64,000 bases of DNA from Octopus bimaculoides (lineage: Eukaryota): positions 9,239,593 to 9,303,592 of the forward strand of contig NC_068992.1 of NCBI RefSeq assembly GCF_001194135.2, given 5' to 3'. Position numbers and translations under genes: made by a program. Below the pieces are notes generated by a model. That model was given only the letters and a program-made list of their open reading frames with translations, had not been told where the DNA came from and did no database searches. This document shows positions 42,690 through 55,149 of the stretch, piece by piece (the first letter of the stretch is position 1; each line of letters begins with the position of its first letter).

Positions 42690-43325
42690 TCAACGATGAA
42701 ACCCATTGCAACAATCTGCTTTGCCCATTTTTAATAAAACCCATCGAGCAATGCAGGTTGACCTTTTGTTGATAAACACTCACGGAACAAAGCCATTGGC
42801 GCTGTTGATGAAACCCTACGGAAAATTCCATATTTCCCCTTTTCCTGAAAACTTCTGGAACAAAGGTTTATGATCGTTCTTGACAAATCCTATGGAACAA
42901 TTCCTTTTTTCATGACAGGACACTCCATGGGAAATTTCACATTTTAGCGAACACCATGAAACTAATGGAACAGTCCACGTTGACACTTTCTGGTAAAACT
43001 TCATAGAAAAAACCCTCATAGACCCTTTCTTTTCTATAAAACTCCATAGAAAAATTGATATGGATTCTTTCTTATGAAGCCCATAAAAAAATACTTGCCC
43101 TTTTTGATGAAACTGGATAGATCGATCCGTGTCCTGTTTTTTGACAACCTATTTTGGCCTTTTTTGTTAAAACCCCATTGTACAATCCATGTTCTTCCAT
43201 TTTGATAAAACACCATGGAGTAATCCAGGTTGTCTTGCTTTCAAAAATTCAAACCTGCATTGCCCTTTATATTTACTAGAAAAGACATCATGGGTTGTAT
43301 CCAAAGACACCATGGGTTGTATCAA
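42690..43325. repeat. Degenerate minisatellite, ~15 units of ~37-38 bp
   Basis: The motif ttttgataaaac(c)ccatgga recurs with anchor spacings of mostly 34-39 bp. It ends in a 21-bp tandem pair, aaagacaYcatgggttgtatc. Confidence 0.7.
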
Positions 43326-43561
43326 TGGATCTAAAGAATAATTAATAGAATTCAGATTGGACTCGAAGATGCTTTACAGTGACAAATACGTTTCCTAGAT
43401 CAAACACTAATCCACCTACACACTGTGTTCGTTATGCATCTAATGCTGCTTTAATGTTTTTTTTAATTTTTTATATAACGTTAATTAATACACGATTCGC
43501 TAATTAATTAGATCTTCAGCTAAATCAGATTCGATATACGAGAGGTTTGTTTTTGATTGAG

Positions 43562-43629
<68 letters not shown>

Positions 43630-44211
43630 GTCGATGCAGTACAGCGTTTCGCATGCGATGTTTGCAACAGATACCTAGAAGTAGACTGAAAAGAAAACAT
43701 ATGAAATGGTAAAGTTGCACGCATCTTGTACATCGTCATTTTTATATTTAGTTTTGTATTATAGAGTTCAGAGAAAGTTCCAGCATCAAAAGATAGGTTA
43801 ATCAGATTCATGAAGTTTATGGAGAAGTTGTCTCTATAAAACTTAATTATATGGAGACTTCTTTACCATAAACCTGGTATTATATGTTTTGAAATGCTAT
43901 TCATAGCAGGTAATTTACTTAAGTTTACTTGATTTCGCCCGTATGAAATTTCATTTTATCTGCTTGAATTAGGAAGTGAGAGGTGTCTTTACTCTCAAAT
44001 TATTTAAATAACATTTGAAGCTTTTGGCTTACAGGGGGCAAGGTTTCGTCTAAATTAGTCCTTCGCATATAAAGTAAGCGTTAAACTCATTAGCAATATT
44101 CCCAGCTCACATATGAAATGCTCACTTGTTTCAATAGCATTAATGTTTGAAGTTCTGTATGTCATGTCTCCCAGTGGGCTGTGATTAGCCATACCGTAAA
44201 AGTACTGACGC

Positions 44212-44246
<35 letters not shown>

Positions 44247-44402
44247 NNNNNNNNNNNNNNNNNNNNNNNNNNNNNNNNNNNNNNNNNNNNNNNNNNNNNN
44301 NNNNNNNNNNNNNNNNNNNNNNNNNNNNNNNNNNNNNNNNNNNNNNNNNNNNNNNNNNNNNNNNNNNNNNNNNNNNNNNNNNNNNNNNNNNNNNNNNNNN
44401 NN

Positions 44403-44442
<40 letters not shown>

Positions 44443-44447
44443 CACAC

Positions 44448-44491
<44 letters not shown>

Positions 44492-46464
44492 ATGAAGTGT
44501 AGAGCATCGGTTTCAAATGATTACCATTTAACGCGAGTTTCCCCCATCTCTATGAGACGAATACTGTAACCTTTTCTCATACTTTCTGAAATGTGCCTCG
44601 TCAGGCACTTTTTTGAAAGGATTTTTTTTGCCATACCTGCATTCCTACCATTAAATAACGGGAAGTGGAAAGTGTTGTGTCAAAGTCGCCAACTTTAAAG
44701 AAAAAGAAAACCAACTCTAAGCTACACATATACACAAATATACATAGATATACATAGATATACATATATAGATATATAGATACTTAGATACGGCTTTCGT
44801 TAGTCTAAACAAAAATCTAATCATACATAACCAATGGAACCTACATTTACGGACGAACGCCATTCAAATTTGGAAACGTATGCCAGAAGCATTCTATTAA
44901 TGTCAACGACTGTCTTTCGGACATAATTCATACAAGAAGCCCTTTTGATGTGCTAAGTTTTGATGACTGGTCTGTATACATCAACATATGTTTGCGATGT
45001 ATTCTTTATATCTTCTTCCATATATAAAGAATCCATATATATACACACGTATATATATTAACATACATCCACACACATACACACGTATATATATGTGTAT
45101 GTGTGTGTATATATATGCATATACATATATACGTATACAGATGTATAATATATATGTACATACATATGTATATATAACCACATATATATAGGTATGTGTG
45201 CATATTTTTCTCTGACATTTGAATTGTTCTCTGCAAATTCAAGCGAGTTACTGACAAAGTGACAAGGTATTTTTTTAATTTTTGAGTGAAGACAATTTCC
45301 AAAGATTTGTGAATACCTGAGTGTATGTGTGTGTATGTGTGTGTGGTGCGCGCGCGTGTGCCTGTGTTTGTGTGTGTTTGCGTGTATGTGTATGTGTGTT
45401 TATGCTTGTGTGTGTGTATGTGCGTGCGTGTGTTTGTGTGCGTATGTTTGCGTGTGTGTGTGTGTGTGTGTGTGTGTGAGTGTGTGTGTACGTACGTATA
45501 TGTTCCTGTATTATTGTACTTATGGTGGGATAAGCCTGTTTATTATATGCTTGCATGTATATGATAGCATATTTTGTATTTCTGTGTATTTATATATATA
45601 TATGAATATGTATGCATGTATGTTTTTCTTTGAGATTTACTTAGGGTTTTCGAAGAATTCTCGTCGGTCATTAACAGACGCTGATGGTGGTTTTTGTTTG
45701 AATCAAGATCTTTTCAGGGATTTCTGAATATGTGGGTGTGTTAATGTGAATATATAGAGAGGTGTAGTCGCTAATATAGTTACTGATCCAATTAGGACGA
45801 TGTCAAAGTACACACGAGGGTTAAAAGTGCAAGAGATCTAAAATGAGCGCCACCAGGATTATCAAAGTTAATATAAATAAGATTTAGAGCGATCGGGGCC
45901 TGAAATTTCAAGACCGAGAAGAGCAGAAAGCATTCGTAAGAAGGTGCAAGTATGGCTGTTTATTGAAAAGTTCGCTTTGCAACCACGTGATTTCGGGTTC
46001 AGTCCCACTGTGCAGCACCTGGGGCAAATGTCTTCTATAAAAACTCCAGGCCGACCAACACCATGTGAGAGAATTTGGTGAATGGTGACTGTGTGGAAGC
46101 CTATCATATATATATATATANNNNNNNNNNNNNNNNNNNNNNNNNNNNNNNNNNNNNNNNNNNNNNNNNNNNNNNNNNNNNNNNNNNNNNNNNNNNNNNN
46201 NNNNNNNNNNNNNNNNNNNNNNNNNNNNNNNNNNNNNNNNNNNNNNNNNNNNNNNNNNNNNNNNNNNNNNNNNNNNNNNNNNNNNNNNNNNNNNNNNNNN
46301 NNNNNNNNNNNNNNNNNNNNNNNNNNNNNNNNNNNNNNNNNNNNNNNNNNNNNNNNNNNNNNNNNNNNNNNNNNNNNNNNNNNNNNNNNNNNNNNNNNNN
46401 NNNNNNNNNNNNNNNNNNNNNNNNNNNNNNNNNNNNATATATATATATATATATATATACACCT

Positions 46465-46866
46465 AAACCAAGGCAGGACGAGTATCTCAAATCATTTAGA
46501 ATATTTAATGAGAGTAAGGTGAATTTGAAGTAATCAATTAATTAATTAGTTACCTAATTAATTAATTATTGGATGTCTTACAGTTATATCTGGGATATCC
46601 CAAGTGATGGGTTAGCATTTCCATACGCTGGGCATTCCGTCAGAAACAAGGTGAGTATGTATGAAAGTTCTAGACAGGGAATTCACAGTTTATAAAGGAA
46701 TAAAATAGTAGATAGAAAAATAATGAGTAAAACAGTAGATAGAAGAATACAGACAGGAGAATAAAGTTCACAGCTCATCTTTTTCCAGAGGGTATGGAGG
46801 TTGGTCCGTAGTTCCTTAGGTATAATCCCAGGTAAATCCAGGTAGTATTTTGGCAGTATTTTGAAT
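46465..46866 (-). mobile_element. Second copy of the hammerhead-bearing repeat, core degenerated
   Basis: Aligns with 35575-35955. At 46573-46649 the core reads cugacg(del3)...GAUA uaacug UA; helix I still pairs 5 bp. Confidence 0.6.
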
Positions 46867-47589
46867 GTTGAGTACATGTTGAAGGAATAGATCAAGTGGT
46901 TGGCTAGTATGAAAATGGTCCACGTGGGTGTATATTGAGTGAGAAATACGGACATCATGATAGACAGGTAAAGGTTTCGAGTGAGTGAATAGAAGAGAGA
47001 GGAGAAAGAGAGAAAAGAAATGAATGAGATAGGTGTGGGAAAGAATGAGTGAGAGCGAAAGTAAAATAAAATAAAACACAATTTTAAATTTTAAATAAAA
47101 AAGAAAAACGATAAAGATAAGATGCCAGTATTATTCTTCGTTTGGGTCGGTTCGGGGTGAGAGGTCGGGCATTTAGGTTTTGATGAAGTGGAGAGGAGGA
47201 AGGTTTTTGTGGCTATTAATTAAATATACAAATTATAGATAGGTTCGGTGTGTTAGTTCNNNNNNNNNNNNNNNNNNNNNNNNNNNNNNNNNNNNNNNNN
47301 NNNNNNNNNNNNNNNNNNNNNNNNNNNNNNNNNNNNNNNNNNNNNNNNNNNNNNNNNNNNNNNNNNNNNNNNNNNNNNNNNNNNNNNNNNNNNNNNNNNN
47401 NNNNNNNNNNNNNNNNNNNNNNNNNNNNNNNNNNNNNNNNNNNNNNNNNNNNNNNNNNNNNNNNNNNNNNNNNNNNNNNNNNNNNNNNNNNNNNNNNNNN
47501 NNNNNNNNNNNNNNNNNNNNNNNNNNNNNNNNNNNNNNNNNNNNNNNNNNNNNNNNNNNNNNNNNNNNNNNNNNNNNNNNNNNNNNNNN

Positions 47590-47645
<56 letters not shown>

Positions 47646-48789
47646 CTTGGCCATTGCCCAGTAACTGAATTGTAGCCCATCGGGTGAAATTCTGTAGGAA
47701 CAAAGTTGGAACATCCAAAGACAGCAACGTTTACATCGGAATAATCTCCAAACCCGCCATTTGTTTTTCTATCGCAGTGAAATGTTCTGTTACAAATAAC
47801 ACCAATCTCTGAAGCTCTAATTCCTCTTAACATCATGTTTTATTTTCTAATAGTGTTATCTCTATTAAACTCTATGTGTGGTACTTGTTGCCGTTGAGGA
47901 AGTTAATAGCACGCTTTATTTACAGCAGGAAAAAAGAGGGGGAGGTATTAGAAACTAAATCTGGATTAACGGAAGCATATTTAAAAACCCGTTGCACAAC
48001 ACAAATATTACACTTTGTCGTGTGAGCAGGTAGAATGCAATACCGTTATTCAAATATATTTGATCAGTGAAAGAGAACCATATCAATAAGGTAGTTACAA
48101 TATCGGTCGATTACAGGAATCATGCAACACTTCTCAGAAATCGCTGTAATATGTAAACCTTTACATTGAAGATAAATCTAATATTATAAATTTAAATCTT
48201 AACAGAAAGATAATTTTTCACCATCAACGCTATATTACGTTCACTGGTAAAATCTCATTGCCATCATGAAACAAAAGCTAATGCAATTGTAACCAATGAT
48301 AGAATCTAGGCAAAAGTGTTAAATTTGTAGTGGTTTCCTTAAATGCTTTGTTTATATTATTCCACATTATGTTTCCAATTTCCATTGTATAGGCTTTTAA
48401 AACAATGTTAACAACCCTGCTACACAATATTTCGTTCAAACTACGCTACTCTGAAATGTATCAAACCGTTGGATCGGCTTCGAAGTAACAGGAACCTTAA
48501 GAAATATGGTCAAAGTCGATAAATCTATTAACAAACAACGCACACGCGCGCATGCATATATGTATATGCATCGGTGGCTGCTATTAAAATAGCAGCCAAA
48601 TCGCCATTAAATTACACAGGAGGAGGAGGAGGAGCGAAGACGTAGCTCTCTCTCTCTTGTTGCTTTAGCTCCGTTTCAGGAATAGTGTATCATGGATTAC
48701 ATTATTAAGTGTGTTCTTTATTTCTATGACGGTGGGGTATGTTTGAGGACTCTCTGGCATCCATTACTACATAGAGGTTTTATTGTTGG

Positions 48790-49225
48790 ATTATCTTATT
48801 TTCAGAACATTGTGCCTTGGAATACATTGTTTAGTGTTTCCTTTATTACTTTAAGTTGTTAAATTGTAACTTGATGCAGATTTTAGTTGCTATGTCTAGC
48901 AAAGTGACCGACCACATAGAAGCTCTCTCTCGTTGGCCTATCTTATTTTCAATTACATTGTATACTCTGCAATACATTGTTTAGTATCATTCCCATTAAA
49001 TTGTAATTTGAAGGAGACTTTAACTATATACTTAGCAGGGTAACTGACCACACGGAACCTCCTTCTTAGGCTTATCTTATTTTCAAGAACATTGTATAAC
49101 TTGGACTACATTATTCAGTGTTTCCTTCGTAATTTTTAAGATATTAAATTGTGATTGGAGAGAGATTTTTTAGCTGCAACATCTAACAGAATAAACGATC
49201 CCGTAGAAGCGCTTACGTTGGCTTA
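48790..49225. repeat. Three tandem ~135-147-bp units
   Basis: tatcttattttca..acattgt..acattg..tagt recurs at 48792, 48939 and 49073. Confidence 0.75.
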
Positions 49226-49691
49226 ACATATATTAACATACGTTAACATATATATTATTTTCACTTGTAGCAGCAACAGAAAGGAAATTGAATAAATAAA
49301 TAAACAAATAATTAAAGATAATAATTTTATTCATAGAATTTCTCTTTTTATTTAAGCATTTTTAGACTGCTTCTTATCTCCTTTCTTTCAAGAAAATATA
49401 GCACATATATAATGTTTTGTCGGTATTCTATTACTATAGTAAAATAAACTAAAACTAAAGCTGTATAAGCATTAATAAATAAAGAGTTATAAATTTCTAT
49501 TAACCACTATTCATGGAAACTTGTAGAATAAAACAATTTTGCAGTCCATAAAATATTCACAATGTTCCAAGCTGAACCAATATTCTCGTCTTGCGTACGT
49601 GTGGTATGCTTTGAAGTTGGAAAAGTATTGACGAAAGTGGAAAGTATTTAAGAATGAATTATCACCTGACTTTGGTAACAACAACAACAAC

Positions 49692-49765
<74 letters not shown>

Positions 49766-49768
49766 GGA

Positions 49769-50370
49769 TATATACCACACAAGTGTAACGAGTCTCTGCA
49801 GAATGTGTAGGAAGCAAGTGTGACCTAAAAAAGAAGACCGAAAGCCTAATCATCGCTGCCCATGATCAGGCATTAAATACCAACTCAGTGAAAAGAGACA
49901 TATACCACACAAGTACAACGAACCTCTGCAGAATGTGTGAGAAGAGGGTCGAATGCGTGACTCACATTGTTAGTGCTTGTAAAAGTCTTGCGCAGAAAGA
50001 GTACAAGAGCAGACATGACAAGGTAGAGCAAAACCTTCACTGGCTACTATGCCGGAAGAATGGATACGAGGTAACGGGTGCTTGGTACCAACATACACCG
50101 GAAAAGGTAATTGACGAAAAGGATTTCCAGACAGACAAAGTGTTAGAACACCGAAGTCGGGACATAGTAGTCGGACATAGTAACCAGAACCTGAAGAAAC
50201 ATCTGGAAACTTTATAAATGACCTACACTCTAGGTGTATTGCAAAATTCGGCATTACTTGGAACAGCACGCATATTGCGTAAAGTAGTGTCTGTCTGAGG
50301 TCCTTGTTGTAACTTGACAGACAGTACAAACTCCCGGTAGACACAATATCTTCAATCAGCAATTTCACGA
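49769..50370 (+). mobile_element. R4/Dong-like non-LTR retrotransposon, 5'-truncated 3' end (CCHC knuckle + restriction-like endonuclease)
   Basis: KKKTESLIIAAHDQALNTN..CRMC...ECVTHIVSAC...RHDKV...HRSRDIVV, and terminal LQNSALLGTARILRKV. Confidence 0.85.
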
Positions 50371-50522
50371 TTTTGGATACTGAGCTACGTCTGGAATACT
50401 CAGAACGTAAAGACAGACGAAATGTGTGTGTGTGTGTGTATGTGTGTATCTGTGTGTGTGTGTGTGTATCTGTTTATACATACATACACGCATGCATACA
50501 TACAAACACACACACACACACA

Positions 50523-51207
50523 TGTAAAATATCATTTATCTTGAATGGCACAACAGTGAACTATAATAACAACAGTGGACTATAATAACTGTTATAATTT
50601 AATTATCCATAGTCTGATTTAAAAATGATATTTCGGAATACAAAAATTCCTTCTTTAGACATCGCTAGGAACTGTTCGAGTCACTACTACAATCGGTTTT
50701 CCAACAGTTACTGAATTTTCTTCTCTTTTTTGTTTTTGTTTTTCCGGAAGCGTCTCTGCAGTGGCTGGAGGTTGGCAATCAATATATTATTTAGCTACAT
50801 CTAGATGCGTGTAGGTTCATTTTTGATAACAAGCTCATGTATTATTTAAAAAAGAAAACGAAAAAGGGGATGGGGAAAGGAAACTGCACGTATAATACAT
50901 AAATTAGAAGCAGCGTTGCGGATGTGCCAACACATACGAGCTTGAAACATGGCCACCCTCACGCACTTCTCTTGAGGAATTCCGGAAGGAGCTTCGTGAA
51001 ACCACCGCAGAGAGGCTTCCGGTAAAAAGAAGAAAAATTCAGTAACTGTTGGAAAACCGATTGTAGCAGTAACTCGAACAATTCCTAGCGATATCTGAAG
51101 AAGGAATTTTTGTGTTCCGAAATATTATTATTATAACAGACTATGGAAATTAAATTATAACAGTTATTATAGTGCATTGTTGTGCCATTCAAGACACATA
51201 TTTTACA
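50523..51207. repeat. Palindromic (foldback) element, ~200-240-bp inverted arms around a ~235-bp spacer
   Basis: 50523-50766 is the reverse complement of 51001-51207 (e.g. ttccaacagttactgaattt / aaattcagtaactgttggaa). The ends are TGTAAAA...TTTTACA. Confidence 0.85.
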
Positions 51208-51246
51208 AATAATACACAATGCTTCAAGCGAACTACAATACTCTCC

Positions 51247-51274
<28 letters not shown>

Positions 51275-51280
<6 letters not shown>

Positions 51281-51505
51281 AACCTGAACATACAAGTTCA
51301 GGTATATATCTGTAATTATTGGGGCATTGGGACATGTAACACACTGCCTAAATACCAGTCTTGAGAAATTAGGCTTCTCAAAATCAAACCAGAAAAGAGA
51401 AAGCGGATTCGAACGCTACAGATCCAAGCCATCACTGGAACTGTAAAACTTTGTAAAACTTTCCTCGAGTTTATCATTTAAGTATATATGAGCATGTCTA
51501 GACAT
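51275..51505 (+). mobile_element. REL-type LINE (second family) 3' end
   Basis: YKFRYISVIIGALGHVT...LEKLGFS...TLQIQAITGTVKLCKTFL, homologous to 55150-55505. Confidence 0.65.
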
Positions 51506-51722
51506 GCAATTATATGCAAGAGAATACATACATAAAACAAAGCATAAAAATCTGCTCATATATATAATATATACATACAAAAATACCCTGTTGTTGATGT
51601 TGAAATTCCAATGAAGGAGCCTTGGAGCAGAATATTTGTTGTAGCCCGTCTTTTATACCAAGACAAAACATGTACATGATAACGCTTCCAATCAATTAAG
51701 ATCAAAAGCCATGAGAGCAATG

Positions 51723-51783
<61 letters not shown>

Positions 51784-51849
51784 CCTGAAAATAATTCGTA
51801 AAATGCGCCTTGCACTTAAGATGATATTGATATTACAGATCTGAACCAA

Positions 51850-52620
51850 CTGTACTATGCATCCGCAAAAATCTCAACGAGTCTATGTGGTGAAAAGATT
51901 AGAAAACGATAACATTCCCACAAAAGCCTTCTTGGCAAGAGCGTATTCAAAACCAAATTCAGCTACTTAGGTCTGACATGGAATGACAAGACTATCAAAC
52001 CAACAAAAATCCGAAAATTAAAGAAAAATATTATATGAAAACCATATTTGACATCGATACCACCATAGAAACCATCAAACAAAAGGTAAGTGCTAATGCT
52101 GCCCGCATAGCAAGGTATGAAAAGCACGTAAGATACTTCAAGGACAACAACATGTTCAAAAATAACTCAAGAAGACAGGGAAAATGCCAGTTACAGTAAA
52201 GTCTGTCCCATCAAAAGAAGAAGTGCAGGAATTTTGGAATAAAATTTGGGCCGAAGAAAAAACACACAATGAAAAGTCCTCTTGGATTGATAGAATATCT
52301 ACAGATGTAGACTCCTTAGAGGAGCAAAAGTGGGAGGGTATCAATGTAGATGATGTAAGAACTGCTCTCAGGAAGTCAAGCAAACGGAAGTCTCCAGGAA
52401 AGGATAAAATTCCTAACTTCTGATTGAATGCTTTCCCAGAGAGTCATGAACTGCTAACAAAACTTTACAACAATGTTTTGCAACAACCTAGTATGATTCC
52501 CTCTTGGCTAGTTAATGGTGCAACATTCCTACTTCCAAAAAATGAACCAAAAAATTATAGATCCATAATCCGCTTAACAACAATGTATAAAATACTAACA
52601 TCTGTCTTGACTGAATATAC
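51850..52620 (+). mobile_element. R4/Dong-like LINE fragment, pre-RT region and start of RT
   Basis: IETIKQKVSANAARIARYEK..NNMFKNN; EEVQEFWNKIW; KSPGKDKIPNF*L; PSWLVNGATFLLPK..PKNYRSIIRLTTMYKILTS (RT motifs 0-2). Confidence 0.85.
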
Positions 52621-53104
52621 CTTCTCTGCGTACGCGCCTATATAAATTGCAAGCAAATATACTCAAAATAAAATATTTGTAGACGGCTTGAGCGTCAAAA
52701 CATACTGACGAATGGAATAATGGATACGCAGTTGAATCGTATATCTGATTACATTTATACTTCTCTACTTACAATTACTGAAGCAGTGACATCAACTATT
52801 AATGAATATATATATATATACATACGCCATTGCTTATGTAACTTCTAATATTCAGAATTAAGTAAAAGATTTCAAGATAGTTTTTTTTATAAAAATAGTT
52901 TGAGGAATTATTAAATGAATCACGTGTTTACTGACATGATACTTTTGTATTTGTAAGTAATTGCGTATGTAGAGTCAGATTATATTATAACAGTTCTCTA
53001 CATTTTGCTAGAATCAAATATAAGCTTTTGCAGCAGATTAATATTACTGTATTTCATTGTAATATACATACATATTTGTATACATGCATATATACATGCA
53101 CGCG

Positions 53105-53162
<58 letters not shown>

Positions 53163-53562
53163 GTAGTCTATAGAATGAATTATACAGAAGGATGGTGCAG
53201 AAACAGGACAACAACGTACACTGGAGAGACAGCACGTAGCAAAGTTGGGCAGATAAGTGAACACTGGCGGTGGGATCAAAGTGGAGAAAAGCTCGGCAGT
53301 GGTCTATCATCATACTCAATTTTAACGTGGAGGTTCATTTGATAACATTGATGTTAGGATTTTATCAACACACAGAGCAAACACAACACTCAGACAAATT
53401 ACGGAGGCCATACACATAATAGAAGATAGACCGAGCCTCAACAGAAGACTTTGAATGAAGTAATAACACCCCTCACTGCACCACACTCTGCAACCTAAAT
53501 ACAGAACGAGGGAAAATATAAGGAAAAAACATAGCTAAAAACAGTGTAAAAAACGAAACCAT

Positions 53563-53593
<31 letters not shown>

Positions 53594-53627
53594 TACAATA
53601 CACACATTCTAAATACACACACACACA

Positions 53628-53701
<74 letters not shown>

Positions 53702-53800
53702 TGCATGCACAGATAGGGACTCATACCGCAGAGACAAGATGGAATAGGCAAGACAAGAAAATACACATGGGTCAGAAAATCACTGAAGGGGTCACAGAAG
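53163..53800 (+). mobile_element. Penelope-like element 3' remnant: GIY-YIG endonuclease plus terminal region with truncated hammerhead
   Basis: Translation VVYRMNY...C...TYTGETARS....ISEH, then after a frameshift FDNIDVRILSTHRANTTLRQITEAIHIIEDRPSLNRR, matches the PLE GIY-YIG pattern (VYxIxC..YxGETxR..EH..F..V.IL..R.I.EAI.I..PSLNR). 53781-53800 matches the 39200 hammerhead at 18/20 nt. Confidence 0.75.
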
Positions 53801-54689
53801 GGGTAAGTTTTTTTTTCGGCTATAGCACCGGGCCGACCAGTGCCTTGTGAGGAAATTTAGTGCCCGGAATGTGTGTGTGTGTGTGTGTGTGTGAAAGTCC
53901 GTCTAAATATACTTATTGTAACGTAGTTACTCGTACCCAATTATTGTAGTATCGCCAATATTTATAACTGCACTTGTTTATACTACAACCGTGTAGTAAC
54001 AATAAAATATATAACGAAAGAGGGTAACAACAACGTAACAATCCAACAAACTCTCCTCGAACTAAATACTTTTCAGGAGAACCTCTATGGAATTTAACAA
54101 TATCAAAATCTTGGGAGTGTCGGCATCAACTTCAACAGGTACCTTTACATTTGGACGCGCCAGTTAATATATGGTTTGCTAGGCGAGCTATTGTCTTAGA
54201 ACATTTCACTTCAGAGATGCAGATGTTATCATTCTTTCATTCGTTGCTTTCATACTTTCTCTCCTAGAGTACTGTTGGTACTGAGAATTGTGTATGTATG
54301 TATGTATGTATGTATGTATGCATGTATGTATGTATGTATGTATGTATGCATGTATGTATGTATGCATGTATGTATGTATTCACGTATGTGTGTATATATT
54401 TGTATATTATCCTTATATGTACATGCAAATATAGGTACATGTTCTTTATAGCAGATCAAAATGGAGATTCTCTGGAATGCCTTCCAAACTTTTCTGTACC
54501 ACTAATTTATTGTAGGATGTGAACTACTTTCCTTTTTCCTTCTCTTTCCTTTCTTTCTTTCTTTTTTTTCTTCTGTAAACATCACTCTTTTACATAAAAC
54601 TGTTTATTTATAGTCCAGAACACCCATGATAATAGGCACTAAGGAAATCTAAAACCTGTTACATGTGCAGTAAATTTCGCATTAGTTCA

Positions 54690-54995
54690 CTATAGATGTT
54701 CTCTTTTTCGATAACATTTGATGAGATATTTGCTTCTACTGACCTTATGCAGCAATACACAACTTTTATTCCCTACTCTAGAAGCAACATCACTTCTGTT
54801 GTGTTTGCTCTAGATTGCTGCTTTTATTGGAAAGTCTCACCAGCATTCCTTATTTTTCAATACGTGTATGCACTCTAGTTGTATTATGCATTTTGCATGA
54901 CCGCCAGGAGATTCCTTTCAATAGAAAGCCTCATAAACTGTTTTGTCAACATTGTCAAGTCTCACGGGAAGATATTTACTTGACATTTTTAGGCG
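54690..54995 (-). mobile_element. REL-type LINE (second family) endonuclease fragment
   Basis: YLPVRLDNVDKTVYEA (decayed RHD motif), KECW*DFPIK, KHNRSDV (decayed PD motif). Confidence 0.55.
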
Positions 54996-55149
54996 GCTAC
55001 TGAGAATGCGAGAAATATCGAACGCACGGCTATGGTACTATTAAGATCTACCAAAATGTGTTGTTTTAGGGGCATCCTTATCCATCCTTATATATGTATG
55101 CATAAATATATGTATGTGTGCATGTCTCTCTCTTTATAATTTAGAATAA

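Noticed and set aside
42690-43325. CRISPR-like repeat/spacer appearance
   Set aside because: Eukaryotic context, highly degenerate cores, variable parts too short and related, and no cas genes.
44592-44614. Hairpin gtgcct-cgtc-aggcac followed by a T-run (terminator- or Helitron-end-like)
   Set aside because: Intrinsic terminators are not relevant here, and no CTRR Helitron end follows.
19750-47795. Shared peptide CNRTFHC in ORFs 19627-19818(+) and 47216-47836(-)
   Set aside because: A 19/21-nt match with no extension is within chance expectation for a window this size.
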